Origin: Candidatus Zixiibacteriota bacterium
GTDB lineage: Bacteria; Zixibacteria; MSB-5A5; GN15; FEB-12
Length of the DNA stretch: 64,000 nucleotides
Direction of reading: 5' to 3'
NCBI GenBank assembly: GCA_020351995.1
Contig: CP070674.1
Span: 1,313,852 to 1,377,851 of the forward strand
The translations under genes were made by a program, and so were the position numbers. Under the pieces are notes generated by a model. That model was not told the DNA's origin and made no database searches. It saw only the letters and a program-made list of their open reading frames with translations. Shown piece by piece: positions 57,915 through 64,000 of this stretch (position 1 is its first letter; every line of letters begins with the position of its first letter).

Positions 57915-58427
57915 TTAGCTGTTGGGTTGGCCTTCCTGGGATTCATCGACACCCGGTTCTGGTCCGGGGGACTTAGTTTCCCCTTCTGGAGGAGAGGGGG
58001 GCGGCTCAGTAGTGACCGGTGGGGGAGGTAAAGGCCTATCAATGACGGATTCCGGCTTAGAGGGCGCCAGCCGAGTGGGATCGGGCAACTGGGCAGATTC
58101 CACAGTCGGTTCCAGGTGACACTCTACTCCACCGATAATCTTGGCCGTAAGATTATAAACCAGGCCGAGTATTATTACGAACAAGGTCCCGAAGCAGGCA
58201 CACCAGAGGGCCGACAGAAACGGGAGCATCATTGCGGCAGCGCCGGTAGGCCCCGCGTCGATGTCAATGTACCCGGTATCGTACGCAGCCATGGCGTTTA
58301 CAAACGCCAGTAAAGGAACCATAAAGACCGCCAGGAATATCCCCCCGATGAAACCGACAATAAGGTTCACGAAGAAAGCCAGCCTGGTCAGGGGCCATAT
58401 CGGAATTGATTTAATCTCGTAATTCAT
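57915..58427 (-). CDS. Small membrane protein (DUF3566-like) with Pro-rich tail
   Basis: Two hydrophobic helices, LVYNLTAKIIGGV, C-terminal PPPP-rich tail. Confidence 0.7.
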   Translation of the reverse strand: MNYEIKSIPIWPLTRLAFFVNLIVGFIGGIFLAVFMVPLLAFVNAMAAYDTGYIDIDAGPTGAAAMMLPFLSALWCACFGTLFVIILGLVYNLTAKIIGGVECHLEPTVESAQLPDPTRLAPSKPESVIDRPLPPPPVTTEPPPSPPEGETKSPGPEPGVDESQEGQPNS

Positions 58428-58464
58428 ACCGCTCACACTGGGGGTTTGTGCCTATTTTCTCACA

Positions 58465-58493
58465 ATGGTATATAACAAACAATTTTCAGGCAA
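58465..58493 (-). promoter_or_regulatory. Possible sigma-70 promoter for the DUF3566-gltX unit
   Basis: Minus strand TTGCCT-17 nt-TACCAT. Confidence 0.45.
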
Positions 58494-58501
58494 CAGCAAA
58501 A

Positions 58502-58606
58502 AAGTCAATAATCGATAGACTCCCGAGGGGCTCACTCGGGGCCGGTAGCCAATTTTCAATTGAGGAAAAGATAGCATGCCCTGTCGGGGACGCAAGTCAA
58601 TAATCG
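58502..58606. repeat. Pair of 13-bp direct repeats flanking small hairpins
   Basis: AAGTCAATAATCG at 58502-58514 and 58594-58606. Confidence 0.6.
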
Positions 58607-58628
58607 CCACGACCCCAAAGACATGGGG

Positions 58629-60743
58629 CTAAAGGACGCACTCCTTGATGATGAACCTGGCATCGACCGCCTTGCACATCTCTTTAGCCGGCGAGGCAAT
58701 GAAGGGGTTTATATCAATTTCGGCAAAGCAATCAAAATCGCTCACCAGCTGCGACAGTCGGAGCAGGGTTTCTTCGATTGTGGCCAAATCTACCGGTGGC
58801 GCTCCCCGAAAACCTGTCAGCAGGGGGTACGATCTTATAGATCGAATCATGTCTTTGGCAGCCTCGTCGGTAAGGGGATTAATCTTGAAGGAGACGTCCT
58901 TCATCACCTCCACGTAGATACCTCCCAGACCAAACATGACCAGCGGCCCGAACGAAGGATCAATCGTCATGCCCATGACGGTCTCGATTCCTCCGGATAT
59001 CATTCGTTGCATGGCCACGGTAAATTTTTCCCTTTTTTTGAGTGTCCCGATTCGCTTCTTTAATTCGTTGAAGGCGTCGCGGACTTCCTTATCTGTTCGG
59101 AGGTCCACCATGACGCCACCCAACTCCGTTTTGTGCAAGATTGGAGGGGTATTCACTTTCATCACAACCGGGTAACCAATTTTGTTAGCGCGCGTGACGG
59201 CTTCCTTCGCGTTCGACGCGTATGTGTATCCGGCCGCGGGTATCCCGTAAGCTTTTAGAATAGCTGTGGCGGCGTCTCCGACCAGGGCTCGATCACCGTT
59301 ATCAAGGGCGGTCTTAATGATGCTCCGGACCTCGTCAGAGTCCACTTTGAAGTTCCGGTATTTGCCCTTCGGCTTGCTGAGCCACTTCTTGTGACTGGAA
59401 ATAGTGGCGAGGGTTCTTGCTATCGCCTCGGGAAAAATATAGACCGGTATGTTATTGTCTTTAAGATACTCAATACCCTCAGATTCCTCACCGGCCCCCA
59501 TGAAGCAGGCCAGCACAGTCTTCTTGGTATCTTTTAGAGACTGGTGTATTTTCCTGGCGACTTCCAGCTGGTCCACGGTCACGGGTGGAACAAATATGGG
59601 AATAATCGAGTCATATCGTTTATCGTTCTTGACCACATCAAGTGTCATTTTGAATACCTCGGCGCCCGCGCCCGCGACCAGGTCCATCGGGTTGGAAAAA
59701 GAGGCCTCCGCCGACACAAACTTCCTGAGCTTGGTGACTGTCTGAGGCGACAGTGAAGGCATTGCCATACCATTGTTTATGAGGGCATCAGTGGCCAGAA
59801 TACCGGGACCGCCGGCATTGGTGACAACAACAACCCGGTTGCTTTCGGGCAAAGGTTGCTTGGAAAGAGCGGCCGCAACATCGAAGAGCTCTTCGACGGT
59901 GTCAACTCTCATAACGCCGGTCTGTTCAAACAGCGCGTCAACGCCCACATCAAGTCCCGCCAGGGCGCCGGTGTGCGAGGAGGCCGCTTTGGCACCAAGC
60001 TTGGTACGTCCGGATTTGACCGCAACGATAGGTTTGATGCGAGAGACTTCACGGGCTATGCGAGTGAAATTGAGAGGATTACCGAAATTCTCAAGATACA
60101 TCAGGATCACGTCCGTGTCGGGGTCGTCTTTGAGGTAGGCCAAAATATCATTGGAGGAAATGTCCGCCTTGTTACCGATCGAGGCCACATATGAAAACCC
60201 AATTCCGAGCTCATTGGCGTGGTTCATAATTGCCTCGCCCATGGCGCCGGACTGAGTGATAAAACCGGTCCGGCCTACCCTGGGATAGACTTTGCCAAAG
60301 GTCGCATTGAGACTGACCTCCGGGTTGGTATTGACTACACCGAAGCAATTAGGTCCGATCATCCGCATGCCGTACCCATGGACTATTTCCAAAACTTCCG
60401 TTTCGCGTTTCTTCCCCTCCGGGCCTACTTCAGAAAATCCAGCCGAGATGACTATCAGACCCTTGACACCTTTATCGCCGCACTGCGCGACAACATCCTT
60501 GACGTATTCCTTGGGGACGATCACAATGGCCAGATCAACAGCATCAGGCACATCAAGAATGGTCGAGTAGGCTTTGATAGAGTGGATGACCTGTGCTTTT
60601 GGATTGACTGGGAATACCTTACCGTTGAACTCGGCTAAAAGGATATTGTGAAGAGTTTCACGACCTATCTTTCCTGCGGAACTGGTCGCACCGATTACAG
60701 CAACCGATCTCGGTTTGAATATGGCATCTAATTGGTGTCTCAT
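58629..60743 (-). CDS. ADP-forming acetate/acyl-CoA ligase (fused alpha-beta)
   Basis: PRSVAVIGA, GPNCFG, SHTGALAG (phospho-His), TNAGGPG, ATP-grasp HKTELGGV, EIDINP; no GNAT domain. Confidence 0.93.
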   Translation of the reverse strand: MRHQLDAIFKPRSVAVIGATSSAGKIGRETLHNILLAEFNGKVFPVNPKAQVIHSIKAYSTILDVPDAVDLAIVIVPKEYVKDVVAQCGDKGVKGLIVISAGFSEVGPEGKKRETEVLEIVHGYGMRMIGPNCFGVVNTNPEVSLNATFGKVYPRVGRTGFITQSGAMGEAIMNHANELGIGFSYVASIGNKADISSNDILAYLKDDPDTDVILMYLENFGNPLNFTRIAREVSRIKPIVAVKSGRTKLGAKAASSHTGALAGLDVGVDALFEQTGVMRVDTVEELFDVAAALSKQPLPESNRVVVVTNAGGPGILATDALINNGMAMPSLSPQTVTKLRKFVSAEASFSNPMDLVAGAGAEVFKMTLDVVKNDKRYDSIIPIFVPPVTVDQLEVARKIHQSLKDTKKTVLACFMGAGEESEGIEYLKDNNIPVYIFPEAIARTLATISSHKKWLSKPKGKYRNFKVDSDEVRSIIKTALDNGDRALVGDAATAILKAYGIPAAGYTYASNAKEAVTRANKIGYPVVMKVNTPPILHKTELGGVMVDLRTDKEVRDAFNELKKRIGTLKKREKFTVAMQRMISGGIETVMGMTIDPSFGPLVMFGLGGIYVEVMKDVSFKINPLTDEAAKDMIRSIRSYPLLTGFRGAPPVDLATIEETLLRLSQLVSDFDCFAEIDINPFIASPAKEMCKAVDARFIIKECVL

Positions 60744-60991
60744 ATCTCTTTACATTCTATTATCTTATGAGGCCGGGGCGACTACGGCCGGGTTTTCTCA
60801 AAGGCCATTCGTCGCGGCCGCCCGTTATTTATATCCACACTTCCCCACAAGAAAATCAACATGATCTTTGTCAAAAGTCAAGCTAAAGCCAGGCAAAATG
60901 GTTGAATTTTTCAGCCCGGAGACAAATTCAGCCGCCCAGCAACGTCGCCAGGCGGCTGGAACAGTTGTTCAGAACTCGTCAGGTCTTCTTT

Positions 60992-63817
60992 TTACTCTCT
61001 TTCGGCCGAATCGTTCTCCGTCAGTGCGGCCTGAGCAGCAGCTAACCGGGCGATGGGCACACGATATGGCGAGCATGAGACATAATCCAAGCCTATCCTG
61101 TGACAGAAATGAATCGACTCGGGATTGCCTCCGTGCTCTCCGCAAATGCCAACTTTGAGGTCGGGACGGGCCTGCTTCCCCTTTTCCTTCCCCATCTGAA
61201 TCAGTTGGCCGACTCCCGTCTCGTCGATCTTTACAAATGGATCAAAGGGAAGAATACCCTCGCTGATATAGTAATTCAGAAACTTGCCGGCATCGTCGCG
61301 GGAGAATCCCATAGCCATTTGAGTAAGGTCATTGGTTCCGAAGCTGAAGAACTGCGCCTCAGTGGCAACCTCGTCGGCGGTAAGAGCGGCCCGGGGTATC
61401 TCAATCATGGTACCCACGAGGTACTCGAGCTTCTTTATCTTTTTCCGATGAAGAACCTCGTTGGCAATCCGGTCGATGACCTCCTTCTGGTTCTTGAACT
61501 CATTGACATGACCAACGAGGGGGATCATTATCTCGGGGCGGACCTGCTTTTTATCCTTGAGAAGCTCGCAGGTAGCTTCCAGAATAGCCCGGGTTTGCAT
61601 CTCGGTTATTTCGGGATACACAATCCCCAACCGGCATCCGCGGTGGCCGAGCATAGGGTTAAGTTCACTCAGTTCATCGATTCTGCGGAGAACTTTCTTG
61701 AGACGCTCAAGGTCTTCTTCGTATTCGTCACTCTTGCGATCAAGTGTTTCGATCTTCTCTTCTATCTCGGCGCGCCGGGGGAGAAACTCGTGCAGGGGCG
61801 GGTCAAGAGTACGAATGGTGACCGGAAGACCACCCATGACATCGAATATCTTCTTGAAGTCCTTTTTCTGGAAGTTCAGGAGCCGATCGAGAGCCGCCTG
61901 GCGTTCTTCTGTCGAATCAGCGAGGATCATCTCCCGGACGATTGGGATTCGATCCTCGGCGAAGAACATATGCTCCGTGCGACACAGTCCAATGCCCTCG
62001 GCACCAAACTTTATGGCCTTCTGCGCGTCGCGGGGCGTGTCGGCATTGGTTCTTACACCAAGCTTTCGGATACCATCAGCCCAGTCCATGAACTCGGCGA
62101 ACTCACCTGACAGTTCCGGCTCAATCGTCGGTACTTCGCCTAATATGATATCACCGTTAGAGCCGTTAATGGTAATTGTCTCTCCCTCTTTGATCACCAG
62201 CTTGCCGACCTGGAAGCGTTTCTTGGCCGCGTTGACCCTGATGGCTTCAGCGCCTGACACGCAGCATTTACCCATTCCGCGTGCCACCACGGCCGCGTGT
62301 GATGTCATGCCCCCGCGGGCCGTAAGGATACCCACAGCCACGTTCATGCCTTCGATGTCATCGGGGTTGGTTTCCTCGCGTACTAGAATAGCCGGATGGT
62401 TGTTTCCATGCCGAACAACATCATCAGCTGTGAAATACACTTTACCGGAGGCAGCCCCGGGTGAAGCCGGTAGGCCTCGGGCAATGACTTCGAAGCTTGC
62501 CTTCGGGTCGATACTCGGGTGGAGCATCTGGTCAAGCTGCTTGGGCTCAATACGCATAATAGCTTCTTCTTTGGCGATGAGCTTCTCCTTGACCATATCT
62601 ACAGCGATCTTAATAGCTGCCTGTACCGTTCGCTTGCCGTTGCGCGTCTGCAGCATATAAAGTTCGCCTTCCTGGACAGTGAATTCAAAATCCTGAAGGT
62701 CACGGTAGTGAGTTTCCAGCCGACTCGTTATGGTCTTAAGCTGTTTGTAAACCTGGGGCATCTCATCGGCCAGCTGTTCGATCGGCTGGGGAGTCCGAAG
62801 TCCGGCCACGACATCTTCTCCCTGGGCATTAACAAGGTACTCGCCGTAGAATTCCTTATCACCGGTCGAGGGATTTCGAGTAAAGCCGACACCGGTACCC
62901 GACTTGTTACCCATGTTGCCGAAAACCATGGCCTGTATATTGACGGCCGTACCAAGATCGGAGGGGATGTTGTTCATCCGGCGATACGAGATTGCCCGCG
63001 GGGTATTCCAGCTGCGAAAGACAGCGTCTCGCGCCATGCGGAGCTGGTCAAAGGGGTCGTCGGGAAAGGCTTCGCCGGATTTCCGCCTGATAATCTGCTT
63101 GTACTTCTTGATTATATCCTTGAGGTCATTCACCTGCAAAGAGCTGTCCTGACGAACGCGGCGCTCCGATTTCTTCTTGGTAATGACGCTCTCAAAGAGA
63201 TCCTTATCGATACTTAGCACAACATTGCCAAACATCGAGATGAAGCGGCGGTAGTTGTCCAGGGCGAACCTCTGGTTACCGGTCTTTTTGCCAAGTCCCT
63301 CGACAGTCTTCTCATTAAGCCCCAGATTCAAAATGGTATCCATCATGCCGGGCATGGAGAATTTGGCCCCCGAGCGCACGGAAAACAGAAGCGGATCCTC
63401 CGAATCGCCGAATTTCTTGCCAGTGGCTTTCTCCACCACGGCAACATACTTTTCCAGTTCCTTATCAATTGCCTTCGGTACTTCAAGATTCTTCTCGTAG
63501 TAGATATTGCAGACTTCGGTAGTAATCGTGAATCCGGCCGGAACCGGGATACCAGCGTTGCACATTTCGGCCAGGTTGGCGCCTTTTCCGCCAAGCAAAT
63601 CCTTCATTGAAGCGTCGCCTTCGGCCTTTCCTGGACCAAAGAAGTAGTAATATTTATGGGAAGATGATGCCCTGTGTTCGGCCGCCCTGGCGGTCTTGGC
63701 CCGACGCGCCCTTTTTATTTTCGAGGCCTTCTTGGCTGTCCTGGGCTTACTAACAGTTTTCTTCCTGCCCCTTCCGGCACCGGACTTCTTGCCAGAAACC
63801 TTTTTCTTAGCAGACAT
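60992..63817 (-). CDS. ppdK: Pyruvate, phosphate dikinase with basic N-terminal extension
   Basis: LLGGKGANLAEM, SVRSGA, GGMTSHAAVVARG, GLCRTEHMF, FSFGTNDLTQ, GICGEHGG. Confidence 0.97.
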   Translation of the reverse strand: MSAKKKVSGKKSGAGRGRKKTVSKPRTAKKASKIKRARRAKTARAAEHRASSSHKYYYFFGPGKAEGDASMKDLLGGKGANLAEMCNAGIPVPAGFTITTEVCNIYYEKNLEVPKAIDKELEKYVAVVEKATGKKFGDSEDPLLFSVRSGAKFSMPGMMDTILNLGLNEKTVEGLGKKTGNQRFALDNYRRFISMFGNVVLSIDKDLFESVITKKKSERRVRQDSSLQVNDLKDIIKKYKQIIRRKSGEAFPDDPFDQLRMARDAVFRSWNTPRAISYRRMNNIPSDLGTAVNIQAMVFGNMGNKSGTGVGFTRNPSTGDKEFYGEYLVNAQGEDVVAGLRTPQPIEQLADEMPQVYKQLKTITSRLETHYRDLQDFEFTVQEGELYMLQTRNGKRTVQAAIKIAVDMVKEKLIAKEEAIMRIEPKQLDQMLHPSIDPKASFEVIARGLPASPGAASGKVYFTADDVVRHGNNHPAILVREETNPDDIEGMNVAVGILTARGGMTSHAAVVARGMGKCCVSGAEAIRVNAAKKRFQVGKLVIKEGETITINGSNGDIILGEVPTIEPELSGEFAEFMDWADGIRKLGVRTNADTPRDAQKAIKFGAEGIGLCRTEHMFFAEDRIPIVREMILADSTEERQAALDRLLNFQKKDFKKIFDVMGGLPVTIRTLDPPLHEFLPRRAEIEEKIETLDRKSDEYEEDLERLKKVLRRIDELSELNPMLGHRGCRLGIVYPEITEMQTRAILEATCELLKDKKQVRPEIMIPLVGHVNEFKNQKEVIDRIANEVLHRKKIKKLEYLVGTMIEIPRAALTADEVATEAQFFSFGTNDLTQMAMGFSRDDAGKFLNYYISEGILPFDPFVKIDETGVGQLIQMGKEKGKQARPDLKVGICGEHGGNPESIHFCHRIGLDYVSCSPYRVPIARLAAAQAALTENDSAERE

Positions 63818-63855
63818 TCAGGTCTCCCTTATCTTACTGGTCAAAACTTTGGCGG

Positions 63856-63884
63856 AATGTATCAAAAAAGGACCCATGACGCAA
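63856..63884 (-). promoter_or_regulatory. Possible sigma-70 promoter of ppdK
   Basis: Minus strand TTGCGT-17 nt-TACATT. Confidence 0.5.
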
Positions 63885-63885
63885 T

Positions 63886-63924
63886 AAAAAAGGCGATTGA
63901 GTTAGTTCGTTTTTCTCAACCGCC
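63886..63924 (-). terminator. Intrinsic terminator of the gene upstream of ppdK
   Basis: Minus strand GGCGGTTGAG-13 nt-CTCAATCGCC followed by TTTTTT. Confidence 0.75.
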
Positions 63925-63945
63925 CTAAGCTTGCTCAGGGAAAAC

Positions 63946-64000
63946 CTACATCGTAAAGAACCTTTCCCCCCTGATGATCTTTTCCAGGATCCTTATTGTC
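63946..64000 (-). CDS. Probable 3' end of an unidentified gene entering from the right edge
   Basis: Open frame TIRILEKIIRGERFFTM-TAG just before the terminator; too short to identify. Confidence 0.35.
   Translation of the reverse strand, partial: TIRILEKIIRGERFFTM

Noticed and set aside
58629-60743. Protein lysine acetyltransferase (Pat/Pka) call
   Set aside because: No GNAT domain, and both catalytic His motifs of ADP-forming ligases are intact.
61100-63217. Long plus-strand ORFs (336, 367 and 232 aa) opposite ppdK
   Set aside because: Antisense shadows of a conserved gene; no recognisable motifs. The same applies to the many antisense ORFs over nuo, suf, ftcD and lipB.
1-64000. Genome-wide reassignment of TGA to Trp or Gly as explanation for in-frame TGAs
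   Set aside because: TGA ends many genes at their expected C-termini (nuoM, nuoD, nuoE, sufS, nadA), Trp is encoded by TGG, and the two strong cases fall at redox-active positions.
1-64000. CRISPR arrays, tRNA/rRNA genes (including tRNA-Sec), transposases, integrases, prophage or defence genes
   Set aside because: None recognised by eye; intergenic spaces are short and no regularly spaced repeats were seen. A tRNA/Rfam scan was not possible.

Overview
Bacterial chromosomal window, mostly housekeeping and mostly on the minus strand. A TonB-receptor-like barrel, a SPOR lipoprotein and a T9SS/FlgD-type C-terminal domain suggest a diderm, possibly FCB-related or Zixibacteria-like (inference only). 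Contents in order: a 14-subunit complex I operon nuoA-N (nuoN cut by the left edge); a tightly packed minus-strand run from manC to a PHPT1-like gene, with several phosphoesterases, ftcD, a secreted metalloprotease, an ECF S component and a TonB-dependent-receptor-like protein; buk plus two ptb paralogs; an octaheme cytochrome c; mntP; an Rrf2-sufCBD-Rieske-sufSUT operon; a MacAB-type ABC exporter; two small sigma-54-type transcription units; fabL-lipB-E2; an antioxidant cluster interleaved with gltX, glnS and nadA; an ADP-forming acyl-CoA synthetase; and ppdK. No rRNA, tRNA, CRISPR array or mobile element was seen. Main points the ORF track misses: (1) two in-frame-TGA selenoprotein candidates with downstream SECIS-like hairpins, a U-G-F-stop glutaredoxin embedded between nuoM and nuoN and a BCP/PrxQ peroxiredoxin with TGA at the peroxidatic position; (2) a bacterial protein carrying the motifs of eukaryotic phosphohistidine phosphatase PHPT1 (Janus/Ocnus family); (3) two tandem sigma-54 promoters sharing a TGTACC-N4-GGTAC(A/G) enhancer-like palindrome, the second preceding an unannotated signal-peptide micro-ORF with an in-frame TGA; (4) an mntP that appears to need a non-canonical start codon. 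All family calls come from motif recognition by eye, not database searches.
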